A DNA stretch of 63,269 nt, filler included, from Perkinsus chesapeaki ATCC PRA-425 (taxonomy: Eukaryota > Protista > Perkinsozoa): the NCBI GenBank assembly GCA_013115145.1. It is 6 parts of 6 records of this genome, joined end to end, with 100 filler letters (N's around TTAATTAATTAA, not from the genome) between each part and the next. Parts side by side here need not be neighbours in the genome. Positions count along the whole stretch, not along the records: positions 41,973 to 53,110 come from JAAPAO010000857.1; positions 53,211 to 63,269 come from JAAPAO010000907.1; 4 more parts are not named here. One strand, given 5' to 3'. Below, piece after piece: positions 42,043 through 54,039 of this stretch. A program made the position numbers and the translations under genes. Below the pieces are notes generated by a model. That model was given only the letters and a program-made list of their open reading frames with translations. It did not search any database and was not told where the DNA came from. Position 1 is the first letter of the stretch. Every line of letters begins with the position of its first letter.

Positions 42043-42700
42043 AAAAAAGTTTTTTCCAAGCTTTTTTAAAAACCAGCTCAAAAGACATCCTACGAATCTC
42101 TCACGAAGCATCTCAGGATAGAAGATTACGCGACCGCACCAGTGGCGGCTATTACTGGACAGAATGGAGGGAGCATTCTTGTGATATAGTTTATAAAACG
42201 AATGGTCCGGGGCCGAACACTGGGCGCTCCTTAAAAATGTACAAGTGGACAGTTCCGTACACAGGCCACATGTGTACCTCATAGGGCAATGTTGCAAGCC
42301 ATTGCAGTGCTTATGTTACTAGTACTGCGCAAGATATAATAAAACTGTTTACGGTGGGGTGTATGCGGGTCTACAATCTATACACCTTTTGTCATCTATA
42401 GTGTAAGAGACAAGAGGGAAGGATCAAGACTTGAAGCTACTTCGCTAACAACCTTCAACGCTAATAACTCGCTCTTTAGATTTCACAAATTCGTGTGAGC
42501 CTTGGGTTATTGATTATTGATTACAGCCATCATACAAAGAAACCGCGTGAATATTCTCTACAGGCTAGAGTGAGTGACAAAGAGATACTGCAGTGTTGGC
42601 CACCTCGCCATAATCGAACTTGATTAACTGTACGCAAACTGTTGTACGTGGAAACTTGAAGGGCACTCAAGGGAAATACACACAACGATGATGAAGGTAC

Positions 42701-43774
42701 TTAGTATGGCTCCTTCCAGCATAAAGCATCTCCGACTTCCCGGCCATATGGACCAGCTGCCTCCTTTGGGGATGTCATCCTATTCGACGACTGATAAGGA
42801 GGAGGAGGCTTCTACTAATAAGTAACCTCCAATCGCAACCCACCTTCATAAATTCCGATATCCTCGGAGAGTTAATTAACTTTTCCCGCCAGGCCCTTAG
42901 CTTTGGTAGATCGCCTAGGACATCTTCGATACCAAAGTACTCCACACAATCTTCAATAACACGTAGAGCATATGCATCAGCCACAGTGGGTTGAGTGGTA
43001 CCTGGCAATACAAGGCACTACTCGTAATCTCAGAAGCGGCCGACACAGCCCATTCTGGCGGACAAGGTATCCTGGGAGTCTTCCGAGCGCGTCGCTCTTC
43101 ACAGAATCTGTGTTACTTTTTCAATAGAGTTGTTCAGCGATAGTTGTGTAAGCTTATAGGTTTCTGGATTTAATAGGAAACATTGTCATAGTAGCACAAG
43201 GAATCACAAACGGGAACCTCAGCCGATCCCTGGCGGTGGCGGCTTACCGGCTATATACTTTCCCGATTCTATCTCAGCCTCCCATGCTCGAAACCAACGG
43301 TATGCTTTCTTGCCACGCGATAGAGAGTCGGTCAAACTCATACCATCACGTACAAAGAAGGGTGCTGCAAGTAACTGAACAGGAAGAGGAGCTGTAGTGA
43401 AAAATATCACAGCAACTACTTACACCAGAGCACAAAGCGTCACTAGCTGCTTCTATTATCTCGTCAACTCTCTCCTCTTTACCTTCTGATGCTCCATAAA
43501 GGTTAAATCGACGGGCAATATAACGAATAATAGCACCAGTCTGGACAAGGCAATCACCTTCTGGAGTTTCCAGCATTGGAACTTGACCGTATCTACTCAC
43601 CACCTGCCACCTTCAAGCATCGTCGTCTTCGACTCACTTGAGCTTCGGCATCAGATCTAGCATATCCTTCCGCGTGCGGATAAAAACATTCTCGTACTCC
43701 ACGTTGGCCAATGCCAATGTAAAACGGATAGCTTCTGCGCGGCCTCGACCCGCGAAATAATTAAGCTTAAACAT
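42701..43774 (-). CDS. Cytosolic glutathione S-transferase (Tyr-type, sigma/pi-like), multi-exon
   Basis: MFKLNYFAGRGRAEAIRFTLAL; K|YGQVPMLE; LVQTGAIIRYIARRFNLYG; KYIAG|TTQPTVADAY; PKLRAWREKL. Confidence 0.92.
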
Positions 43775-44013
43775 GGAGGCGATAAGAAGACACAACTAAC
43801 GGTAAATAGGACGTTCCAATTAGTTCGCATTTCATGCCACTCCGGCCCCACTTACGGCCAGCCGTGGGACAAAAACGCTAAGTTGGACGACAGCAAAAGG
43901 ACGTTCTTTTGCCGACAGCCAGTCGGCCTCAGTCACTGGCCAAAGGCAACGGTTTCTTTTATTCATCCTTCCATGGACTCAGCACCAATGTTTAATTGAA
44001 ATTATAAGGAAAA

Positions 44014-45912
44014 TCATTCATCGTCGTTGTTGTCACCGTTTTTGAGCTCATCATCATTATCTTCACCCCACTCATGCAGATAAGCGTAGCAATCTTCCGC
44101 ATCACAAACGGCTAGAGATCCTTCCGAACTGCTATCGTCATCATAGAACATAATATCATCGCTACCATCCTCATCCTCGTCGGGGGCCTCCCCAACAAAC
44201 ATCTCTGGTAGAAGCGACACTCCACTGGGGCTGGTAGTCGCCCAATAGCGAGTTAAAATGTTGGGTGCCGGATTCGAACTCGGGACCGCCGCTGGATGTT
44301 CGCATTCTCTAATTATATGCTTCAATCTGCACGTATCTTCTTCATTTGGCTCAAAAACAAGGACGCCCATAGGCCTATATTTGCCACAACTTGCCACCAG
44401 AGGGCTCATCTTCGCGCGCCACGAAATTCCTCTAACAGCTACAGACGGTGGCGTAGCAACCGTAAAGATATCTTTGAACTTTGCCGACCTCACTTCGACG
44501 TTTGGTGCGATATATGCTACTCTATCATACTCAACCATATGTAGAGCTTCCAGCATCGTTAGCTCCCCAAAGGTCCTCGGATACCTGCTATCAAAGCAGC
44601 GCTGGGAAGCATGCCCAGGGTTCACAGTCATCTCTGTATCGGCTGGATTGGCCTTCGGGTGGGGGCTCTGGAACCTCCAGCGGTTCCTGTATATTCCCGG
44701 AACCGGATGCAACTCGTCCCAGCATCCCTCAAATAGAGCGGATACCTTCTCATCAATATCATCACCCTCCTGCCTTACCGCCACCAACAGCACTCTCGGC
44801 ACTCCAGCACAGTACTCGCCCAAGGATCGACCGAGACGTTGAAGGCTTTTAACTACATCCATACCATCATCCCACCAGCTCATGCCACCATTGGGGGCGT
44901 AGTATAACGATACAAATGCATACACACCACCGTTACTCCCTTCCTCCTCTTTCAACACATCATACTTCTCCAGACCGATTGGTCTCATACAATGTGGGCA
45001 GGCGGCCAGTACAGTCCTCATGTTCGAGCAACTACTGATGTCTCTATAAGGTCCAGTACCCCTATAGAGAGTGACATCCAAGTCCAAAGGCTCCGCTGTA
45101 TGATACGCCTTAGCTGGCCATGTGAAGCACGAAAACACCCCTCCACCTTGCACTGTGTAAACCGAGTAGTCAGAGGTCACTGCCAACACCTCGCCCTTCT
45201 TCACTGTTATATCCCTATCCACCCTCCGACCCTCTATCCTCAATACCATGTCTTGAGGTAGGACATTAACAACAGTAAGTATCGTATAGTAGCTTCTCGG
45301 TACCACCAGCCTCCCATCACTCTCACCATCCTCTACAGCATAACCCGACCAACACCTCAACAGCGTCTCTTCAGGCATGGCCGAGGTGACAAACTCCGTC
45401 ACACCGGCCATGCGAAAGTAGTTCCCAATAAGCTTCGTCAGGGGATTCACCGAGTTGTCGGCCAAGAGCCCATAAGAGTGTTTCATCCCCATTAGATTAA
45501 CAATGCACCAACAACCGTCGCCCATATCTCCACCCATCAACCGCCGCACTGCCTTCTCTGTACTCTCGAAAAAGCCACCATTTTCACCTTCGTATCTATC
45601 AAGCTCTCCCGGCCCAAATTTCATACCGCTCTTGAGGCTATTCATCACCTTCCTCTGTATAGGGTCCTCCAGTCCCTTTGTATCGTCAACCTCAACACTA
45701 AGGAGAACATATCCATCCTCCTCAAGCCCCCTATGTAATCCTGCCCACTCGTCCTGGCAAAGAATCCTAGCATCAACCTTAGATACCACTGCCCCCTCCA
45801 ACTTAGCAGCACATCTCTCCAGTAGCTCCGTAGACAAGGAGGGACAACCATCACACAATATGTCCGTCAATTTACAATAACTATTATCGGCAGTTGATGG
45901 TGGTGGGGGCAT
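44014..45912 (-). CDS. Intronless 632-aa protein: degenerate 2OG-Fe(II)-oxygenase-like N-half + glycogenin/GT8-like C-half
   Basis: C-half: AFVSLY...SLQRLGRSL...PRVLLV...TFGELTMLE...EYDRVAYIAPN...FKDIF...MGVLVFEPN (GT8 layout, DxD absent). N-half: EEDGYVLL, LRCWSGY, PRSYYTILTVV, VKKGEVLAV (weak IPNS-like pattern). Acidic tail. Confidence 0.6.
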   Translation of the reverse strand: MPPPPSTADNSYCKLTDILCDGCPSLSTELLERCAAKLEGAVVSKVDARILCQDEWAGLHRGLEEDGYVLLSVEVDDTKGLEDPIQRKVMNSLKSGMKFGPGELDRYEGENGGFFESTEKAVRRLMGGDMGDGCWCIVNLMGMKHSYGLLADNSVNPLTKLIGNYFRMAGVTEFVTSAMPEETLLRCWSGYAVEDGESDGRLVVPRSYYTILTVVNVLPQDMVLRIEGRRVDRDITVKKGEVLAVTSDYSVYTVQGGGVFSCFTWPAKAYHTAEPLDLDVTLYRGTGPYRDISSCSNMRTVLAACPHCMRPIGLEKYDVLKEEEGSNGGVYAFVSLYYAPNGGMSWWDDGMDVVKSLQRLGRSLGEYCAGVPRVLLVAVRQEGDDIDEKVSALFEGCWDELHPVPGIYRNRWRFQSPHPKANPADTEMTVNPGHASQRCFDSRYPRTFGELTMLEALHMVEYDRVAYIAPNVEVRSAKFKDIFTVATPPSVAVRGISWRAKMSPLVASCGKYRPMGVLVFEPNEEDTCRLKHIIRECEHPAAVPSSNPAPNILTRYWATTSPSGVSLLPEMFVGEAPDEDEDGSDDIMFYDDDSSSEGSLAVCDAEDCYAYLHEWGEDNDDELKNGDNNDDE

Positions 45913-46087
45913 GAGTGGCGTATCGATGGCGGGAGGTGGGGAACTGGAGGGAGTACTGATGGGGTGGAGGGGTAGCGGTCGCTGATGTGTACGTTACAAT
46001 GGGCATACAAACAACCCTTCTAAGAATCACCACCGCCGCCAAACACAACCCCAAAACCGCACGTACGTAGAAACCACTTAGAGGATC

Positions 46088-49000
46088 TTAAACCTTAGCT
46101 CGCTTAGTCTGCGGTGGTTCTCCATCACCTTCGATATCTCCAGCTTTATGCTTTATGCCGCTTTTGCTGTTGGCTCTGCAAACCACAACACTACCGAAGA
46201 TACTAAAGTAGGAATATATATTACCTGCCAAGTTTATCGCATTTCCGTTCGAGGTCGGTGACCATCTCCATGAGATCCTTTGTTTGCCCCTTCTGTGAAT
46301 CCTCCAACTCATCGGTGTATTGCCCGATGACCTCCCTTATCGACCCTACCAATAACATACAAATCAACACTTCCTCAACTGCCGAATCTGTAGCCATTCT
46401 AATCAACTCGCTTCCCTCATCTTGCCCATCAAAGCCCCTCAGTGTCAAATACATGGCAAACAGAATGGACTATATCACCCATCCACAACACTATACCAAT
46501 CGAAGCTCTATCAATCATAACAAGCCTCCTCCCCTCAATTCTACCTGTCATGCCCTCCACACATCTACACAAATGTTCAGTTAAAGCCTTATTCCCCGAA
46601 TTGTGACATAACCATAATAAACATAAATCTATCAGTTGTAGTTGAGACAGACCATTACCAAGAGCGTACACATAACGTCTGAGCATCAATAATGCCCTAA
46701 CACCGCCTCCAGCCCCCCCCATACGCTTCCTTAGGGTCCTCCTTCTCTATATCATCATCATCATCGTCCTCTTCTACATTCTTCGTCTCCTCGGCATCAT
46801 AACCCACCATTTGCCGATCTAACACTCAAGCGCTGCACTCACCACCACTAGAAGCACTTTTAAAGTCTCACCTAGATGCTTTCGAGTATCTTCCCGTAGC
46901 TTTGCAAGGACATCAACCTTTCCGAAGGATCCTTCAGTGAATTTATTAAGTACTCGAGCTGATAGGAACACCTTATCCAGACCACCCCAGTCACCGTACC
47001 GGCCTCCGAGCCTTTAGTGTTATAGAGGAGATGATGTATTATATTAATGGTCGTTTCCATCTCAGGATCAGTAGCTTTACGATGGGACAGCAACCCAAAC
47101 ACAGACTTCAATCCCATCCTGTACAGATTATTTATACCAAATTTCCCACAAATCTACGCCGCGTACTGCTCCACAAACAGCTTGCAATTCTCCGGATGGT
47201 CCCTCAATGCTGCCTCGATCACCCTCAAACTCAACCGGGCCGCCAGTTTCTTCCCCGCTCCTTGGGACAACAACTTAACCTTGAAAGACTCATCTATCCA
47301 CAACCCAACAGCAGCACTACTCACCATCAACTGGACCCCCTGTAACTGCCCAAATGCCGTTTGGTGATAGGGAACGATAAGGACAAGGGCATCGAAGCTA
47401 AGCGACATAACCACACCACTGACCATAAGCATTACACATTCTCCACCAGTTCGCTCTCAGAAGCTTCCTTAGGGTCACTGTGCTTATACATGTTAGTAGC
47501 ACGTAACAAACGATCCAGACTTCGACGATCCACAATTTGTGGAACTGAAATCGACCGCATGCTCGACCACCAATGATGAGGTTGAACGTACTGGTCTGCG
47601 TTGGATTAGGACATTGTTGCAGTAACAATGATAGAAGCTCCGAGGCGAATAGAGCGTTATATCTGAACACTTTGCTTTGTGAATAGGAAAGCATACGACA
47701 CCTCCACGAAAGTGTGATTTTCCGAGCCCAATAATGTGGAGTAAATAATGAGTACGGAATAGATAAGACCGAAATTCGATGGGATGCCCTTTGTCTCCAA
47801 CGGCGTGTGGTGAAAACCGCAGAGAGGTCCAAGAAAATAATCGAGCAGAGCTCCAGTTGAAAAACCAACTGCGATAAGAGATAGCCTTAAGTATTACGCA
47901 AATGTCTTCTCCCTGACAGCCTCCTTAATGATTGTCACCAGCCACTCCACGAACCTACCCTTACAGAACTCGGGCACTGTCTTGGCTGGCCTACAATAAC
48001 AATAATGATGATGTAATATACAGCGGTGATAGTAGTACCATATCTCAAATAGATTATCTATGGTTTGAAGGCAGTTAGTAATAGCTTGCTGAGCATCTTC
48101 CATCCTACCGGCAGCTTCACCGTTATCAGCAACCTAGACCAACTAAATGCACCAGTTAAGCGGGAGTGAGTATGCCGAAACAGTACTGCCTTGGCAGGCT
48201 TGGCCGAATTTTATATTATACGCCTGAAGGTTTTAACAGTCTACCAAGAGATAGATGTGCCTCTATTCAAAATACAGCTATTAGAACACACCTTTGAGCT
48301 GATAGCTCCGATATGATCACCCGAGCACAGTATCACAGCTGGTTCCTCAATTAAAACTGTTAACGACACAGGTGCTACCCTAATATCATCTCCCTACTAC
48401 CTTGTCATCCTCACTACTGCCTCCTTCTTCTTTATCACTCCCTTGCTCCCTATAAATACGCCATAATGTCTCTATGTATATACTAGGTAGCTTAGCTTCA
48501 TCTACTAATGATTTAACCTACACAATAACAGCAGCGCCCTCCCTTCCTGGCCCCCTCCCCTATATTACAAAATCCTCAGCGACTTCATCATCACAATCAG
48601 CCATCACTTCCGGCTCCGTTAAATCACTAAGTACCTACCGGACCCACTCTCTATCCCCCTTCACAATTATCTGCCCTACCGCCAATGCCTCTGCCGAGAT
48701 GTCTATATTAGCATGTTGAAGTAGCCCCACAACCACCCGTCCTCCATGTGCTGCAGTAAAGGCAGGATACCTGATGGCCTCCCTTCCTCCCACACAGTAT
48801 TGCATAGCCGTATATCTCACAGCTCAGCTGGGTTCACTGCTAATTCGGTCAACCGGCGAATCTCCTCGGCAAGGGACACTTCACTCTATATAAAACTTGC
48901 ACGGTTGAAAAGGCAGTCCTATAGTACCTCTAAAAATTTGGTAGGGTCATCCGAATGCTTTATCCTAAGTCTCTGGTTCTCCTTCACCAACGATGCTACC

Positions 49001-49187
49001 TTCCGCACTAGACTAGTGCACCCTTCGGCATCCAGACTATCCACCTTACAATGGCAATACACCCTCCACTAGCAACGACTCCACTCACTTCAGTCTGTTC
49101 ATTATTCTTAATCAACTCTTCTATATCATCAGCTGTTAAAGTCGATGGTAGGTTATCCAGGTTTTTAGGGTCATACGATGTAGCCAT
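46088..49187 (-). CDS. CTNNBL1: Beta-catenin-like protein 1 (PRP19/CDC5L complex), multi-exon
   Basis: KENQRLRIKHSDDPTKFLE; LLQHANIDISAEAL; SELLSLLLQQ; LDRLLRATSMYKHSDPKEASE; ALRDHPENCKLFVEQ|GLKSVFGL; NKFTEGSFGKVDVL; NLS-like end QTKRAKV*. Confidence 0.9.
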
Positions 49188-50256
49188 AGGGAAGCAACAA
49201 CAACTGCATCACAAAGCGGTGGTAAAGTAATAGATGTTATCTTGCCATTTGCCAACCAAATCTCAACGAATTCGACGTGATCTCCTTCGAATGGTCTCCT
49301 AGGAGTGAAGTTTTCTTACTGTCAGCATCGGAGCATACCCTCCAAGATAGGGTAGAGGTAGATCAGGCAAGTAGGGTACAAGTAAGGCTAGAATCACCGG
49401 TGATGCTTTAGACTACCTCCAAAGAGATACAGCGCACAACAACCGTCCATCAGCTTTCATTTGCTCCTCGGAAAGAAGTACTTCCTATCCCAACGGCGAC
49501 AACAATCAATGTGTCGTTCCAGAGCATGGATACAATGTCCTTTACAAGCTGTTACGAGGCATACTATTTTTGAACTTTGCAACAAAAGGCTGTTAATAAT
49601 GAAAGTAAATACATTCTCGATGACATTAGATAATGACAGACTCCTGTAAGCCCGGCACAGGGGGGGTTGGAGAACCTACGAGAAATAACATATCGTAAAC
49701 AACCTTAATGATGGTCTGATATGGACGTTTCCAAGTAGCCACTTATCGTTATTATTGCACTCCCTCTTACCGAAAGTCACAGCGCCCTTCTCTATATCTT
49801 TGTTGTACAATTTCTCGAGGTATCAATACTAACAGTGATGGGTGTATCGTCCAAGACTGACCACTCAGTTGATATGGTTGGCAAGATAAAGCCAGCAATA
49901 CTGAAGAATATTAGAATAGTGAGATAGGCCTCAAGCATGGTATCAGCAAGTGCAAGTTTCGAATACAATGCAGCAGAGAGCAGAAATGTTAGAGTTCCCG
50001 GCGTTAGAATCATCGATAGATATCATCGAACCAAGATATTCTTTAAGTAATGTCTGGAGGTTAGGTCTGAGAGCATAGTACATTACAGCTCTACGCAATG
50101 GGAAAATAATTCATATCTTTCCAAGTTTTTTATTTCTGTAGGATGGTTTCTCATGCAGAGTGTGCTTACCGACTCACACCACCCTTTCAATAGACAAGGT
50201 TGTGCACAGTCGATTCTCAAACTGGTAACGAACCCACAGCGTGAGATGTACATTTT

Positions 50257-50333
50257 GCCTGGTAGCTCAGTTCGTTAAGAATCGAACACGTGATGCACAT
50301 CTCCCAGGTTCAATCCCCGGAAGGAGAAAGTTT
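50257..50333 (+). other. Degenerate tRNA-like sequence (tRNA pseudogene or SINE head), intergenic
   Basis: A box TAGCTCAGTTCG (50263-50274), B box GGTTCAATCCC (50307-50317), then TTTT; acceptor and anticodon stems do not pair well. Confidence 0.5.
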
Positions 50334-52326
50334 TAACCTTTTTAATGGTCAGGGGAAGGAGAACTCGTGCAAATCCAGCGATACTATCAGATCACCTCTG
50401 GGCACATGGTACGGCCCTATCGGCCGAGCCGGGCCTGGAGCGTTGTCGAGTGGACTTCGACGGAATTTTTTTTGTGAAAGATCTTGAGTACGGCGATGTC
50501 TAGTCTATTGCTAATACACCTTGAACAGTGCTCGGCACCTGGGGTTTCCTCACTCCTTTAGTTCGAGGTCAAGATTAGACTGACATTGGAAACACACTAC
50601 TCACCTATCCTGGAACGCCGGGTGTTCATGGAGTTCACGCTTTGAACCTAGAGATAACCTAGCGTCCGGGTTTCGGGTTGAGTATTGCTGTTCCCTCCCG
50701 TAATCCCGTATTCGTTGAGATTTCATAATAAATTCCTGTGAAGCGCTGTGTCACGTGCCTCGAAATTTCGAGAACCACGGTGGTTCACCACGGTAGAGAA
50801 TCTCTCAGAGAGATAGGTCCTATATGTTTGTCCCAGGAAGGCCAGGTCAACCATCACGAAGGGTCCCACGGTGGGACTCCCGCCGTGGCACTCCCACGCT
50901 CGTTGGAACTCCAGGTTTCGTGAGTAGGGCGCGGCACGCTCCTTCTATGTGCGGGTTTCTACTGTGGAAAGCCCCAGTGTAATTTCGGGTTTCGCTCGAG
51001 AGCGCTCCGTTCACTGGGCCCCCAGCCCCATCCCCAGTGTCATGGGCGATGACTCATCGTTACTGACGATGACAACAAGCGTCCAAGGGATCAGTCTAAT
51101 AATACGCCTGCTAGCGGCGCGAGACCGGATGCAAAGTGGACCTATTACGTAACGTAATTTACGTCTCGTCGCATGGTGGCCGACTCTTCGTCACGATCGA
51201 GAATGTGACGTTCTGAATGCCTACTAGTGAACAAACCATTAGTTACTAAAATATCACCATTGAGCGTGCGAAGTAGTGTGCACGTGCATTCGCATGCGTT
51301 GATTGGAGGAATACGGAAGAGGAACACGCTCAAGGAAGTTCACTGAATTAACTCCTCCTGACTGAATTGACATAAGGCAGCACTGCTGCTGCCGGAGCAG
51401 CGTTCCTGCTGCGGGGATAACGCCACTGATGAGAAATGAGAGCTTTGAGAAATGTGAAGTTGCAAGTTGCGAGTCGCAACCATCCTGGCATATGAGTCAT
51501 ATGATATGACAGAAAGGAGCACTCTTGTCGTGACCGAATTCTGAGAACCTGTCAAAAAGGTCAGGAAGCGACTAGTCTATTCGCTACCCCACAATGTGGA
51601 GCCCACACTACATGGGGTAACATACGCTTTATGTCTGTGCTAGCCGGTGACACAGACATATAGCGTATTCTTGGAAAGGCTTTCTAGGAAAGTGTCTGCC
51701 GGGTTAGACACTTTCTTGTTAGGGTCAGGGCCTTGTTAGGGATCGGGTGGGTCCTGAGACTGCCGACTCCAGACTCGCAACGTGGAAGTCTCCATTTAAA
51801 CGGCGCGGGCGCGCCACGCGCTCTCTCGTGTCTCTCAAGCCGAAGCCCCCAGCGACACTGCCCCTATCCCCGAGGCTAATGGTTGAGAAGTAGGCCCCGT
51901 CGTTTACCTATTACTACTTACCTATTATTTGCAAATTACTACCGAATGCATGCTCTTGATGCAGCATGAAACGTGACAGGGCGATGAAAGGACGGTCGCG
52001 AGTCGCGATCTGATGGGTTGATATTGGTTTGTAAATATCTTATTTTTGCTGTCAAGCGATTAGTACTTCAGGTAATACGACAGGAAATGGGCTAGTCTAA
52101 GTAGCTGTCTGCGTATAAGTAGCCTACTTATGCGCAGACAGCATACGGCTCTTCCACCGTATGTCCATTGGTGTGCAGCCGCGCGGCGGGGGGGACCCAG
52201 CCTGTGCCACTGCCGGAGGCATCACGGCTGAATAAATTGACCAGTAATGATCGAATATAATAATTTTTTGGTTAGAGCCGTTACAGAAGCTTTACACTTT
52301 GTCTAGCGTCTTTCCGCAATTGTAGC

Positions 52327-53110
52327 GTGTGGATTCTCACCGTCAACTTCCACAGGCTTACCAGCTTAACGTGTTGGACCACTTTTCTCGCCGGTGGAGA
52401 ACTCCATCCGGAGTCTTCGGAAATCTACCCATCACCGCCCCAAGTCATCAACGAGTATATCGCTGATGCATCTGCTACCGACCACCCGGAGGGTGCTTGG
52501 TACCAGCATCAGGCTGGTTCTGGACCCGGTGTATCCATTTTGGGAGATTGGCTTAGCAACATTGCTACTAGTCTCATACCTTGGGCGGATCTGGAGCTCA
52601 ACAACGCGGCGAATGAGATTTATGAGAACCTCTATGGAGATATTCACGGACAAGATTTCTACTATGATTTTATCCCGAGACATGTTGCCACCTTCGAGAA
52701 TGATGGCAAATGGAACAACTTTGAAGGTCGGTGTTTCAAAAATATCAAAGCGAGGTCTATTAAACAAGATGATGGTACCATCAAGATCGAGTCTGACTAC
52801 CAGAACGCTGTCTCCTGGTCATGCGCAGAGTACGTTATCTTCGGAAATGCCGCGGATTTCCACATGCAGGCCGAATTCACCTTTGGGAAAGAAACATTGG
52901 CTTGGACGGCTGACGACAGAGGTGTTCACGTATTGAACCTGCCGCAGGTTACCTGCGTACGTCGATCGTGAATGCAGTTGAAGGATTGTTCAAGACTAAA
53001 AAGTTGTTTGACAGCCATGATGGTGTCGTAGAATTCCGTACAGTTCTCGTCAGAGAACATGTTCAAGCAAGTGTACGCCGAGGCCGGAGGAGTTCATCGT
53101 GTACTTGGCG
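52327..53110 (+). CDS. Hypothetical protein, truncated by gap
   Basis: 214-aa protein-like ORF (DFIPRHVATF...FEGRCFK...CAEYVIFG) ending at a GT donor; a further exon fragment runs to the gap. True start unclear. Confidence 0.55.
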
Positions 53111-53210
53111 NNNNNNNNNNNNNNNNNNNNNNNNNNNNNNNNNNNNNNNNNNNNTTAATTAATTAANNNNNNNNNNNNNNNNNNNNNNNNNNNNNNNNNN
53201 NNNNNNNNNN
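53111..53210. other. Assembly gap with artificial linker
   Basis: N run with TTAATTAATTAA at 53155-53166. Confidence 0.99.
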
Positions 53211-53239
53211 CTGACTTTCTATCGGAAATATATGGGTTT

Positions 53240-54032
53240 GTGAAGTATAGTGAAAGCGACCCCCTCGTGCCAGGAGAACGAACCGGCGCTGTCCTTGATG
53301 TTACGGTTGATGGGTACTATAACAGCGAACGCTGTCAGGTGGATTTTGAGGAATGTAGTGAAGCGGTTGCAAGCCTCACTGCTGAAGACGGTCAGAGGCT
53401 TCATTGTGCATTCCTTACTGATCGTAGTCCCATCCACTGCAAGTACCCCGAGGACGGTCTCAACGGGGGAAGAAGGGGAGAAGAAGGCGCAAAAGATGGT
53501 GTTCCCAGGTTCCCATCCTCTTTATCCGAACCTGCCCAAAGGACTTAGGGAAGTTTGTAGAGAGAGATTTGGGGACGCAGAAATCTCAGGGAAACGCCAT
53601 GAAGATCTCTTGCAGATGCTGTCAGAATGCGATGATTTTAGAAGCCAGAAGACTATTCTAGAAGAGCAGGCAGAAGCCAGGGGGGATGTTGTTGTATACG
53701 GGGTGAAGTTTCACCCAGAGTTAGCGCCCATAGAAGCAGCTTATCGTTCCATAGCGAAGTCTCTTAGGGTATCTAACACGTCAGGGTCCTCTCGGGGGTT
53801 CGTTGAAAGAGTAGAGGCCGCACAAGGTGCCGAAGACCTGACGATCACGCTCATTCGGAAGCATTTTAGATCTGCACGCGAGTACCTGCAACATTACAGG
53901 GAAGGGAAAACGATGGAAGAAATAGAGAAGTTGAGAGCTCAGAAGCGCAAGCACAGGGGTGCAGCGCCTGGCCTCCGAGTTTCGCCCGAGCGGTCCCAAA
54001 AGGGAAAGTACCCAAGGAATCGCCTAGGGTGA
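53240..54032 (+). mobile_element. IS630/Tc1/mariner-superfamily DDE transposase remnant with a frameshift near 53470
   Basis: Frame A: DGYYNSE...FLTDRSPIHCKYPEDGLN. Frame B: PKGLREVCRER...DFRSQKTILEE...VKFHPELAPIEAAY...IRKHFRSAREYLQHYREG. Confidence 0.8.
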
Positions 54033-54039
54033 AATTTAG

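Noticed and set aside
42230-42290. SWIM-finger-like KCTSGQFRTQATCVPH
   Set aside because: Cys/His spacing is wrong and the surrounding frame is broken.
44262-44284. B-box-like GAGTTCGAATCC on the minus strand
   Set aside because: Lies inside the intact 632-aa frame (VPSSNP); T-stem does not pair and there is no A box.
49600-50030. Hydrophobic 73-aa minus-strand ORF upstream of CTNNBL1
   Set aside because: Followed by stops in all frames; no family signal.
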